Source of the DNA: a virus | Length of the DNA stretch: 64,000 nt | Virus record (IMG/VR): IMGVR_UViG_3300046047_000262 | Strand: one strand, 5' to 3' | Shown here: one piece after another, positions 49,342-58,814 of the stretch | How positions within the stretch are numbered: the stretch's first letter is position 1 | How the letters are laid out: each line of letters opens with the position of its first letter | Made by a program: the position numbers and the translations under genes | Notes under the pieces: model-generated | The model's input: only the letters and a program-made list of their open reading frames with translations | Told to the model about the DNA's origin: nothing | The model's database searches: none

Positions 49342-49989
49342 CTATTTTGGAAGACGAAGAATACCTGATGAACCGTCACGAACCCAACCAACTATGCGAC
49401 TAGAATCGGGAACTGACGTGCCAAAACCGCTATTATAGATCATTTGACTGGCTATTGGTGTCAGACGACCTGTTGACATTATGGTATTGAACTTATGAAT
49501 AATCCCCCTTAGTTCCCTTGATAGGGAATCGTCCGCAGTCTGGAAAAGAATTGTATGAACCCCATGATCGGCTCCGTGATCGAGAATGTACTTGAACTTG
49601 GACATCGCCTGAATCCTACCCGTATCGGTACGTATACCTGAAAGCAGACTATCCATCTCTTCTATGATCAGTACGCAGGGGGTACCATCATAGTTCTCAA
49701 GAGATGATAACAACTTACGGGCTTGTACCCCTGTAGATGCTCTATTAATACGTATTACAGGCACTAGTGCTGACGCGAAGAGATCATCAGCCCATTTGAT
49801 TCTGGTTCTTATTGTTGATGGAGTACCCGTTATCAGGACATTGGAATCATGATTACTATTGAATACCAAGTACCATAATGTTCCGTTAGGCTTCTGATAT
49901 GGCATACTGAAAAACAGACCCTGCCCTACCATACTTGATCCGATAGGTGAGCCCAGGTCTCGTGTTGAATCACAGGTTATGGACTCCAT
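49342..49989 (-). CDS. Degenerate FtsK/SpoIIIE-like ATPase domain protein
   Basis: NVLITGTPS (no GKS), VLIIEEMDSL, GADHGVHTIL; start moved to MESIT. Confidence 0.5.
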   Translation of the reverse strand: MESITCDSTRDLGSPIGSSMVGQGLFFSMPYQKPNGTLWYLVFNSNHDSNVLITGTPSTIRTRIKWADDLFASALVPVIRINRASTGVQARKLLSSLENYDGTPCVLIIEEMDSLLSGIRTDTGRIQAMSKFKYILDHGADHGVHTILFQTADDSLSRELRGIIHKFNTIMSTGRLTPIASQMIYNSGFGTSVPDSSRIVGWVRDGSSGILRLPK

Positions 49990-49995
49990 ACCTTC

Positions 49996-50004
49996 ATGAT
50001 ACCA
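49996..50004 (-). promoter_or_regulatory. Class A extended -10 (TGGTATCAT), leaderless
   Basis: Exactly 6 nt before ATG at 49989. Confidence 0.7.
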
Positions 50005-50084
50005 ACTATTCATGCTTTGAATCTATCACTGGGTAAAATATAAACTATCGCTATATGATAGGCTTTATGAGCGTAGCATATATG

Positions 50085-50124
50085 AGTGGGGCGAACGTAT
50101 TTTTACGTATACGTTCGCCCCACT
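50085..50124 (-). terminator. Terminator hairpin after tadG-like gene
   Basis: 16-bp inverted repeat agtggggcgaacgtat/atacgttcgccccact. Confidence 0.75.
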
Positions 50125-50138
50125 ATATATGACCGTGG

Positions 50139-50837
50139 TTAATTAACGGATGATGATGACCACGAGGATATTGCACGCTCATCAATTGAGTACTTCTGAA
50201 TATTCATATTCACATTATCACCGAACAATCCGTTGAACATACCCAATATGAAGTTAGAAGACCAATCATTGACTTGAAGCTCAATGACATTGATGCTGTT
50301 ACCACCGCCGACAGTACCACTACTGTTCGCAGAACCCACACCACTTGATATACCCGCACTACAAGTAACCGTAATACTGAAATCATCCTCTTCTTGTGAA
50401 GACGAGCCATCGGCTCCATACCCATACTGCCTCATAGTACTAGTAAACTTCGCATCATTGGAAGCCGCTGAACCATTGTTATCCGTATATATGGTATTAG
50501 CCATTCGGCCTGTCTTCTGCAGGTATGTGGACACAGCGAGTCGACGGGCAGAAGGATTCTTAGTATTGGAAGCATAGCTCTTAGCTGCTGAGACCCCTTG
50601 TAACGTCGTAGAACCGGATCCACCACACAATAACCCACCAGTACCGTCCTGTGCCCTCACGGCCGCCTGAACTGACTCCTGGGCTATGTCATTGTATTCG
50701 GATTTCACGGTAGCGTTCTTGTTAATGTCAACAGCCCAACCGACGATAAGTATAAGGAATGGCAACGCCGTGATCAACAGCATGGTCATACTGTCGCCAG
50801 CTTCATCCTTTAATCGTCTTATCACTCGCCTCAACAT
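50139..50837 (-). CDS. TadG-like pilus assembly protein
   Basis: RLKDEAGDS prepilin-like leader, TM, GWAVDI..AQESVQAAV pattern. Confidence 0.7.
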   Translation of the reverse strand: MLRRVIRRLKDEAGDSMTMLLITALPFLILIVGWAVDINKNATVKSEYNDIAQESVQAAVRAQDGTGGLLCGGSGSTTLQGVSAAKSYASNTKNPSARRLAVSTYLQKTGRMANTIYTDNNGSAASNDAKFTSTMRQYGYGADGSSSQEEDDFSITVTCSAGISSGVGSANSSGTVGGGNSINVIELQVNDWSSNFILGMFNGLFGDNVNMNIQKYSIDERAISSWSSSSVN

Positions 50838-50849
50838 TGATCAGCCTCC

Positions 50850-51395
50850 TCAGTTACTTGTAGCGACTTCTGATTGGGCACTGACCTTGATAGTACCATC
50901 ATTCCAACTACCGTTCACATTCGTGCCCGCCTGTGCTGAGAATGAACCTCCCATGAATCCTAACGCACTACCCGGGAACCCTGAATACTGGTATTTAGCG
51001 GAGCACCAAGTTGCGGTACCGATCTTCACATTAGAAGCATCCCCATCCACACCACAATTGATGTCACTGATCGTGATGGCAGTGTATCCCTTGTTATCAG
51101 CGATCTTCTTGGAGACCAGACAGGACACCGTATCCGATGAAGTAGCGTATCCTCCTGAACACTTGGCACCATAGGCAGTGATAAGATCCTGCGAGTCCTT
51201 ACTTGAAGTACCGCCGAAAATGGCAACCGTACGAGCACCGTCACGTAGGTCAGCAGTCAACAATGTACGATCATTGAAGAAAACTCCCATGTCAATGATG
51301 GTCATGATGATAGCCCACAGAAGAGGGAATGCGAGAATCATCGTAATGGTGTTCTCACCACCTTCTTCATGAATGCGTTTCAATAATCTTCTCAT
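50850..51395 (-). CDS. tadE: TadE-like minor pilin
   Basis: RIHEEGGEN leader, AFPLL..IIDMG..LRDGARTVAIFG pattern. Confidence 0.75.
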   Translation of the reverse strand: MRRLLKRIHEEGGENTITMILAFPLLWAIIMTIIDMGVFFNDRTLLTADLRDGARTVAIFGGTSSKDSQDLITAYGAKCSGGYATSSDTVSCLVSKKIADNKGYTAITISDINCGVDGDASNVKIGTATWCSAKYQYSGFPGSALGFMGGSFSAQAGTNVNGSWNDGTIKVSAQSEVATSN

Positions 51396-51407
51396 TACTG
51401 CTCCTTA

Positions 51408-53861
51408 TCACTCTGCTGTTGATCTAACGAATTGAACCTGGAAATAACTGATACCCGAGTTCAGGCTGGTATCCAGAGTGTTTGTGGTCTTCGCACCAGT
51501 ATTATCATGGAACAAATCGGTATAATCAGGATACGAAGCAGTCCTATCATACTGTGCGTAACACTTACCGTCACTTGTTGTGGTTATTGACTTATAAGTG
51601 GTATTCTGATCAGAACCTGTGAATGTGAAGGACGATGGTACATTAACCGCATTGTCAGCATTGTATTCCCACTTGACGTTGAACTTCAATGGCTTATTAG
51701 CATCTGAAGCCCACGTTGACTTGATCTTAAACGAAGTAACCTGACCTGACAACGTGACTGCATTGCCACCATTGAATGCTGATGCGGACGTAGGTGATAC
51801 CTGCGATGATGCCACCCCATCATCGGAGAACAACTCAGTACCATCGCTAGTCTCCACTTTGGTAATCTGACTTCCATTGACCATCCAAGGAGTACCATCG
51901 GTATTCTTGGTAATAGTAGTGGTCTTTGCAGCAGAACCCGAATAGCTTATACCGTTACCTGTTGATGGATACCATACATCGGATGACATCTTGTTCCAAG
52001 CATTATTACGGAAGAACGTCATGACCGATGAATTACCTGTAGATGAATCAGGCATATTACCCTTATCATCGGAAGCGAACACGGACATACCTGCCGTGGT
52101 AGCACTCTTGGCACCATTGGTACCCACATTGCTGGCACTGCCATTAGCTGTCGAAGCCTGTGGGTCCGCTACGCAATCAAACGGGCATTCCTTAGTGTAC
52201 ACAGGATCATTACTGGCCTTATACGTAGCAGTACTGCCATACGTAGACCAGAAATCGTTAGCATCAACACCATTGGGATGAGACGCATCCTTGACTTGTA
52301 TACCGACCGCAGCCAAGCCCAGTTTCTTAGTGATCCTCGGGAACATGATATCATTATCGGTACCATCGGTAGTGGTAGAGACTTTGCTTTCTAACGATCC
52401 TTGGAACTTGCTTCCACCATTCACGGTTGAGGTATCCTTGGATACATGAGCGCTGACAATATTCTTATAAGCCAGGAAATCCTTACGATCACATAGGATA
52501 TTCAACAAGTAGTAATGTGACACATGTATCCACGAGGTCTCATTATTGGCAACAGGTTCAAGCGATGCCGCGTAACCACTATCAGGGCATCCTTGCAGGT
52601 ACACCGTCCTACTAGTGACTCTATCAGACCCGACACCGCAATTATAACGATTGAACGAACGGTTCCTCAACTCATTAGGCATACCGTTCTTCCAACCGGT
52701 AGATGCCATGTCACGAGTGGTTGCATCCTTCTTCCACGGACTGATATTGATGTTCTCAGGTGACTTATTGCTGACATTACGTGAACAGCCGCTCTCAGAC
52801 ATCTTACAGGTGACAATCTTATATGTTCTGCGAGTATATGTACGATAATAGAAATCGATACCAGGGATCTTATAGGTGATTGTCGCGGGCTGGGCATACT
52901 TAGTGATCTTGAGTATGCCACCCTTAGCAAAATTCTTAATAAGGTCGGAACCAGTATCTATGCTACCAGTTGTTTGAGTGCTGGTTTTGGTTTTATTACA
53001 AGCATCTGTGGCATCATCAACAAGCTGTTCATAACTCTTGTTATCATACTTCCCTGCGGCGACATCCTTCCATACCTGACCATAAGGGGTCAATTGCTTG
53101 TCTCCCTTATTGACGTTAACGGATTGACCATACACGTAACCATCGGTTCCTTCAATGGTGGATGTATAATATACAGGGCATGATGGCATAGTCTTAGTAG
53201 TTGATGTGGCTACTGATGCCAATTCGTAATGTTGCGTATCAGAATCAGTGACGACCTTGTATCCTGTCGGATTAGCATCATCAAAGTTCAATGCAACACA
53301 TGCAATGGACAGGTTATTAGCATTCGCGGCATTACGAAGAGCGGTTCTTATGGCATTCTGTAGATCGCCGTCATATCCGCTGAGACCTCCTACTTTTGAG
53401 CCCCAATTCCTATCAACACCAGAGACAAGAACACCTTGACCGACGCCATACAGGGTTTTCTTATAATAAGGAGCCCCCTCTTGTTTCGTGTTGATCACTA
53501 CACCTACCACTTTAGCAGGGTTATTGGCACTTTGCGGCGTGTTATTGATGGCAGCCTGGCATACACTATCGAACTTCGCATAGCTTACTGATGAACTGAT
53601 CCCAGTCTGTGCTCTCAACTGATGGATTGATGCACTCCCCCATGAAGTATTATTATTCAGGAAAAGTTCGACGTTACCACCTGCACCACCGGAACCGCCG
53701 CCAGTGTTTCCACTATTGCCCGTTCCTATGTTATATGCTGATGATGATTGCATCGCCCCCATTATGGCTATGAACAATGTCATAACAAAAACACAGAACC
53801 ATATCAGTCCTCTGCTGTTGTGTTTCATATTCAAATAGTTCATGATTCCATCCTCACTCAT
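51408..53861 (-). CDS. Large secreted Cys-containing putative pilus adhesin
   Basis: Signal-like N-terminus, Gly/Thr/Ser-rich, many Cys; directly upstream of tadE/tadG; exact start uncertain. Confidence 0.6.
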   Translation of the reverse strand: MSEDGIMNYLNMKHNSRGLIWFCVFVMTLFIAIMGAMQSSSAYNIGTGNSGNTGGGSGGAGGNVELFLNNNTSWGSASIHQLRAQTGISSSVSYAKFDSVCQAAINNTPQSANNPAKVVGVVINTKQEGAPYYKKTLYGVGQGVLVSGVDRNWGSKVGGLSGYDGDLQNAIRTALRNAANANNLSIACVALNFDDANPTGYKVVTDSDTQHYELASVATSTTKTMPSCPVYYTSTIEGTDGYVYGQSVNVNKGDKQLTPYGQVWKDVAAGKYDNKSYEQLVDDATDACNKTKTSTQTTGSIDTGSDLIKNFAKGGILKITKYAQPATITYKIPGIDFYYRTYTRRTYKIVTCKMSESGCSRNVSNKSPENINISPWKKDATTRDMASTGWKNGMPNELRNRSFNRYNCGVGSDRVTSRTVYLQGCPDSGYAASLEPVANNETSWIHVSHYYLLNILCDRKDFLAYKNIVSAHVSKDTSTVNGGSKFQGSLESKVSTTTDGTDNDIMFPRITKKLGLAAVGIQVKDASHPNGVDANDFWSTYGSTATYKASNDPVYTKECPFDCVADPQASTANGSASNVGTNGAKSATTAGMSVFASDDKGNMPDSSTGNSSVMTFFRNNAWNKMSSDVWYPSTGNGISYSGSAAKTTTITKNTDGTPWMVNGSQITKVETSDGTELFSDDGVASSQVSPTSASAFNGGNAVTLSGQVTSFKIKSTWASDANKPLKFNVKWEYNADNAVNVPSSFTFTGSDQNTTYKSITTTSDGKCYAQYDRTASYPDYTDLFHDNTGAKTTNTLDTSLNSGISYFQVQFVRSTAE

Positions 53862-54877
53862 TGCTGTTGAACAGTATCTATCAATATTCGGCGGGATGAC
53901 GCCGATGCGTGATTATAATTTGGTACGTATCGTATGGTGAGATGTTTTTGTTCGGTGGCTTTTGAACCGTCTGATTTGATAAATGTATACGTTACAGGAG
54001 TAGAACACGTAATGGAATCTCCTGAAACCGCTTTAATGTCATAATTACAAGTTATATCAGAGATTACACCGATAGCCCATGGGTATGGTGAATTCGTGGT
54101 CTTACCACCGAAGTCATCCTTAGCCCAATCAGCCTCCAATGGAATAATGCTCTTAGCCGTATTCTCATCCTGAGTAGCGATAGCGTTGACACGATCATCA
54201 GCGAACATATTCGTAAAGGAATTCAACGGTGACGGCAAAGTGCTGTCATGATCACCAATACGATACTTGCTCTGTAACGCCGTCCAATCGCCATAGATAG
54301 GATTGACAATCCTTTCCATATCGTCTCTTACCTGTTCGGTCACGTTCTCAGCAGTCAGGAAACTATACTCGGGATTCGTAGTGCCATCAGAAAGTTCAGC
54401 TTTCGAAGTATCATCAGTAAGATTACTATCGGTTGCTTTTGAAAGCAACGCACTTGATGCGTTCTCAGGCATTGCAGCATCTGCGGCGGCATTCGCTGTT
54501 TTCCTGTCCGCATCGGATATCTTAGTAGAGGATTGCTGATAATACGAGGGGATTCCCATACCACCAAGATAATCGGTGGTTGAAGCACTAGAGGATGTGT
54601 CACTTGCAGAACCCTTGGACAAGGAGTTGGAAACAGAGCTCTGTTCCTTCTTTACCGAATCAGTATTGATCTTACCGAATACGATACCGCCGATAATCAA
54701 ACCTGCAATCAATATGACAGTAAAACCACCAAGGAAATACCACATTTTACTATGCGATGACTGGACAGGTTCATCCTGACCTATCACATCATTATCATCA
54801 CCAAGGAGTTGATCCTCTTCATTTTCCTGGTCGTGATTATCATCGTTATCTTTTTTGAACATGCGGAATCCTTTCAT
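53858..54877 (-). CDS. Single-TM protein with acidic N-terminus and extracellular domain
   Basis: TM MWYFLGGFTVILIAGLIIGGIVFG; coupled to the adhesin gene. Confidence 0.7.
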   Translation of the reverse strand: MKGFRMFKKDNDDNHDQENEEDQLLGDDNDVIGQDEPVQSSHSKMWYFLGGFTVILIAGLIIGGIVFGKINTDSVKKEQSSVSNSLSKGSASDTSSSASTTDYLGGMGIPSYYQQSSTKISDADRKTANAAADAAMPENASSALLSKATDSNLTDDTSKAELSDGTTNPEYSFLTAENVTEQVRDDMERIVNPIYGDWTALQSKYRIGDHDSTLPSPLNSFTNMFADDRVNAIATQDENTAKSIIPLEADWAKDDFGGKTTNSPYPWAIGVISDITCNYDIKAVSGDSITCSTPVTYTFIKSDGSKATEQKHLTIRYVPNYNHASASSRRILIDTVQQQ

Positions 54878-54927
54878 AATATCATTACTTAATATCGCAG
54901 TGATTCAGATTCACGAAACCAAGGAAA

Positions 54928-55182
54928 TCATATGCCAAAAGCTACACGGAAACCCCATATGAACAATAATGCTATAGCACCTATCAATGCCAATGAGAAA
55001 ACCACAGTAACAATAGCCTGTATTATGGCTATGATCCGTCGGTTATCCGTCGCTGTCTTCATGATTTTCTTAACTGATTTCGAATCAGTGTGACGATCAT
55101 CAATCTGTACTGGTTCACGTTTAGGACGATCAGCCCACTCAGTGTTATCAAAATCAAAATTCAATCCACCCATAATCATCAC
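54928..55182 (-). CDS. Small membrane protein
   Basis: 84 aa with C-terminal TM; overlaps upstream stop. Confidence 0.6.
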   Translation of the reverse strand: MMIMGGLNFDFDNTEWADRPKREPVQIDDRHTDSKSVKKIMKTATDNRRIIAIIQAIVTVVFSLALIGAIALLFIWGFRVAFGI

Positions 55183-55751
55183 CCCTTATCAGAATTGACT
55201 ATCTGTCCAAGAATATCTTTCTTATCAATGACATAAGTATTACCTTTATGGCATGAACCTCCTGTACAGACAACGAGATACTGATTCGTAAGCCATCCCC
55301 TATCGGGCATGGAAGCAGGAACCTTGGTCTTCGTAGCCACATCATCATATAGAAGCTTTCCGTCTGAGGATAATGTCAATCGACCAGCAGGACCTGCTAC
55401 AATACGCATCGTGCTTACATCTGATTGCAAGGTCGTGCCAAGCGTAAGCTTTGAAAGCGGGTTCGCCAGCATGTCACGATTATCATTGATACGTGCGATA
55501 ATATGAGTGTTCTTAGGAATAGCACCTGAACGAAGGTCAGGGTCCTTAGTCAACACTACGCCTACGGAATCCGTAACCACGAATCTAGCAGCGGTAGTGA
55601 CTATGCAACCAAGGTAAAAGACGATGACTACGACGAGAATCCCCAACACGTATCCAACTGATTTCAATAAAGTCTGTCTAATGGCATAGCTCGTCTTCAC
55701 TTGGACTTTCGGACTAGTATACGCCTCGTTATGATCAGCTACATCACTCAT
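55179..55751 (-). CDS. Degenerate S26 signal-peptidase/TraF-like protein
   Basis: MRIVAGPAG (cf. KRVIGLPGD), GKLLYD, NQYLVVC, ILGQI; catalytic Lys apparently replaced. Confidence 0.5.
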   Translation of the reverse strand: MSDVADHNEAYTSPKVQVKTSYAIRQTLLKSVGYVLGILVVVIVFYLGCIVTTAARFVVTDSVGVVLTKDPDLRSGAIPKNTHIIARINDNRDMLANPLSKLTLGTTLQSDVSTMRIVAGPAGRLTLSSDGKLLYDDVATKTKVPASMPDRGWLTNQYLVVCTGGSCHKGNTYVIDKKDILGQIVNSDKG

Positions 55752-55759
55752 AACAAACG

Positions 55760-55766
55760 AATATCA
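55760..55766 (-). promoter_or_regulatory. Class B motif TGATATT before S26-like gene
   Basis: Exactly 8 nt before ATG at 55751, no Shine-Dalgarno. Confidence 0.55.
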
Positions 55767-55780
55767 CCGAATACACAGGA

Positions 55781-56998
55781 TCAGATGTCCTTCGCATAGA
55801 AATCCGACGTGTAATGATGAGCAGGAGCATTGGAGAATGATGCTCTTTTCGCAAAACCTATGGCATCAAGAAGATGTGCATGAAGACTTGATGATGATAC
55901 CATCGCACCCATGGTATTGAATCTTCGCTTGTTCTCTCGCATCCCCAATACTGAGAACAGCATCTTGTACATATTCAAAGCCTGCTGGAACCCATTCTTA
56001 GTCCATACGCCCCTAGACTTGGCCTCACATACCAGTGTTGGCACAAAGATAGTCCGTTCTGGAGATGAGTAATCATTAGTACCAGTGAACAAGGCAGGCA
56101 CACTATACCCGACTACGAACGCCATGAATGAGCGGATATGACCTGAATCATCTACCGATACGACAAAATGGGCATCCTCTATCAACGAATCAACGTATTT
56201 GACCACATCACCTTGTTCACCTGTGAACAATGACTGCATGTATGTAAGACGCTCAGTGATTGGCGGTTCCAACCAATTCGAATACTTACGGCAGAATGCA
56301 ATCAGTGCAAGATACTGTTTGGAGCCATGTTCTATCCTACCAATGAACCTGACGGTACCGCCTGTTTTGATTGGTATGGGCTGGATGGTACTCTGTACTA
56401 ACGGACGCATACCCTTGACATTTGCTTTGCCGACATTGGGTAAAGGCATCGCTATTGAATCCTTACCAGTGTTCTCGTCAACTGATTTAATGCGTTTGAT
56501 CAAAGCTTTACCCGATGAGTTACGACGTAACCCCTCGTTGATCAGAGCGTTCTCAATATGCTTCGCGATGATAGGATTCAACTGTGAATCCATTGATATC
56601 ATGAGATCAATGGTCTTGGTTTTGTTCTTGCGGCGTTTATCCATGGCGGCGTTCTTTTTCAAGACGTATTGTGACATCAACCGTATACAAGTGGATAACC
56701 TCGAAAAGGTTATCCTTGATGATGGATCAATAAGAACATAATCAATGGATACGACCGTATGTGACGGATTCTTCTTTTCCTTACCAATACGAAAAAGAAA
56801 CGCTATTGACCAGAACTCGTTCTGACCGTCGATGTTCTTACATACCAAAGCCTTATAACCATCGGATGCGATACCATATGGCGTCGGATAATTCACTGCT
56901 TCAAGATGGTATCTCGCGAAGGAACGTGAAAGATCCCTGAGTAGTCTCAGGTATACGACCTTAGACAAATCAGAGATAAGTTCATACCGAATTTTCAT
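55781..56998 (-). CDS. Putative tandem GNAT-fold protein
   Basis: VSIDYVLID in N-half; FVPTLVC..SRG, LDAIGF in C-half; AAGGAG RBS. Confidence 0.45.
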   Translation of the reverse strand: MKIRYELISDLSKVVYLRLLRDLSRSFARYHLEAVNYPTPYGIASDGYKALVCKNIDGQNEFWSIAFLFRIGKEKKNPSHTVVSIDYVLIDPSSRITFSRLSTCIRLMSQYVLKKNAAMDKRRKNKTKTIDLMISMDSQLNPIIAKHIENALINEGLRRNSSGKALIKRIKSVDENTGKDSIAMPLPNVGKANVKGMRPLVQSTIQPIPIKTGGTVRFIGRIEHGSKQYLALIAFCRKYSNWLEPPITERLTYMQSLFTGEQGDVVKYVDSLIEDAHFVVSVDDSGHIRSFMAFVVGYSVPALFTGTNDYSSPERTIFVPTLVCEAKSRGVWTKNGFQQALNMYKMLFSVLGMRENKRRFNTMGAMVSSSSLHAHLLDAIGFAKRASFSNAPAHHYTSDFYAKDI

Positions 56999-57034
56999 AT
57001 AATCTCCTTTGGCTTCACATATGATTAATATCGG

Positions 57035-58480
57035 TCATCCTGAATATGAAGTCACTGTCATAGCAGCGGCCAATGATTCCTTAAACCCATCGGATATACA
57101 GGATGAAAGATCCGACATCAGAGCGTTAGCCAATGTTCGATGACCTGAAAGTAATCTCAGAATGATCAAAGCACTAGTATAATCACCAGTATCATTGGCG
57201 GCTATGATCACAGCGTTCTGTACACGATTACTACGTTCGGCATCATCAATAGTGGAATCGTTCTCCATGATGTACTCAACTGAAGGCTCTGAGTTACCAG
57301 TCTGCTTCTCCTCGTTTGTCCCGTCCCACTGTAAGGTAGTGGTCTTGCGTGTGGATTGCCATACTCGTAATTGCGAATTCATGTCCACGTACTGTGCGAA
57401 GGATATATCATAATCATTGTCCTCAGCAGACATCTCAGCCCATACCTGATTGTCATCATAGTATTCAATGGATTCATTGCCATCAGTGTTCTTACGTAGC
57501 CTTTTGATGGCCTTGTTCTTCTCAAGCTGGAACTTGTTGATGGTCTTGCCGATCTCATTGTTAGCATAATTGTATGATTGACGCGGCAGGACTCTCATCA
57601 AGTACACACTGAATGGGCGGCAGATCGATTCATCGAAACGTTGGACCAGATTCAGTATCCAAGCGGTAAGCAATGCCTCACCATCATCATCGGTACGCTG
57701 CTTATCGTTCTCATTGCCTTGAGCAGAACTCTCCAAGTACGTGTTGATGGTCTTCTTGATCGCGGGGACAAGCACCACGCTGAACTTTACATAGAATCTT
57801 ACCAGCTCGGCAATGGCCTCATCATTCAGTTGGTTGATCTCACGTCTATTGGACATGTTAAAGGAACTGATCTTAGCGAACATCGTACCCTGTCCACCAT
57901 GAGATTCCTCGAATGTCTTCAGTTTCTCACGGACACAATCTGATGACAAGCAATATATTCTATACGTATCACCATGGTATTCACCACCGATCTCCTCATG
58001 CTTGGTATCCTGTTTCCTGAATCGTCCTATATATCCCATCTCATGCTTGATCTCATTGATATCAGCTCCGATGGCAAGTTGGAAGGTACATATGCCGATC
58101 TTACGTAACGGTGCTGATAGGAACAGTTCCGTTTCGGTCATACGATGGGTGCCGCGACCGAAAATCCTCGGGTATAGGATCTTGTCTATAAGCTGGGCTT
58201 CAATGGGTATCCCATTACTTTTACGCCATGTTTCCAATTGTTTAAGAGACATACGATACGATATGCCGCCATTATCAGTGGTGATGGCATCCTTATCCAT
58301 CAGATCGCTGATGATGGATGCCATAGTGTCATCATCCTTGATCTTCACTAAGGTCTTGATCTTATCGGGATTATACCATTGGCCATCACTGAGAACAGCA
58401 GCGACCCTGAACTCAGGTTCAAAAGTCATGAATTGTTCACGAGACCATAGTGGTGTCGTCTTCTTGAAATACCCATTCAT
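57035..58480 (-). CDS. Divergent sigma-70-like factor with N-terminal winged-HTH-like extension
   Basis: AWILNLVQRFDESICRPFSVYL..LPRQSYNY resembles region 2; NKAIKRLRKN..YYDDNQVWAEM region 3-like; alternative start at 58537. Confidence 0.55.
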   Translation of the reverse strand: MNGYFKKTTPLWSREQFMTFEPEFRVAAVLSDGQWYNPDKIKTLVKIKDDDTMASIISDLMDKDAITTDNGGISYRMSLKQLETWRKSNGIPIEAQLIDKILYPRIFGRGTHRMTETELFLSAPLRKIGICTFQLAIGADINEIKHEMGYIGRFRKQDTKHEEIGGEYHGDTYRIYCLSSDCVREKLKTFEESHGGQGTMFAKISSFNMSNRREINQLNDEAIAELVRFYVKFSVVLVPAIKKTINTYLESSAQGNENDKQRTDDDGEALLTAWILNLVQRFDESICRPFSVYLMRVLPRQSYNYANNEIGKTINKFQLEKNKAIKRLRKNTDGNESIEYYDDNQVWAEMSAEDNDYDISFAQYVDMNSQLRVWQSTRKTTTLQWDGTNEEKQTGNSEPSVEYIMENDSTIDDAERSNRVQNAVIIAANDTGDYTSALIILRLLSGHRTLANALMSDLSSCISDGFKESLAAAMTVTSYSG

Positions 58481-58496
58481 ATGGATGGTGTTCCTC

Positions 58497-58814
58497 TCAC
58501 AATATTTCGATATGCGGTAACAGTGATGCTTTATCATGGAATAATTGCTTCATACCATCGAAAAGCCTACTATTCTCGAATACATCGTCGTCAACAGGAC
58601 TGATTACATAGGTTCGTTCCACCATACGTTCAACATCAATATGGCTTTTGCCCTCATATGATGCGGTACCGCCGAACACAGTAAGAATGGAATCGGGAAT
58701 ATCATCATCAGCGATGTCAGTATCCGATTGATACGTGAATACCCTGAGCTTACGAACGGGCTCAACATGTGGCTTGTCCGAAGTGTCATCAATTGTGGAC
58801 ATTAGATCGATCAT
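58497..58814 (-). CDS. Hypothetical protein
   Basis: 105 aa, coupled between DUF3566 and the sigma-like gene. Confidence 0.6.
   Translation of the reverse strand: MIDLMSTIDDTSDKPHVEPVRKLRVFTYQSDTDIADDDIPDSILTVFGGTASYEGKSHIDVERMVERTYVISPVDDDVFENSRLFDGMKQLFHDKASLLPHIEIL

Noticed and set aside
12181-50124. Perfect GC-rich inverted repeats at 12181, 47871 and 50085 as novel elements
   Set aside because: Each follows a stop codon with a short loop and they are unrelated in sequence; ordinary terminators
823-57032. Conserved -35 element for the YGATATT class
   Set aside because: Upstream TGAT/ATC words occur at variable spacing and often derive from stop codons; no fixed-distance motif found
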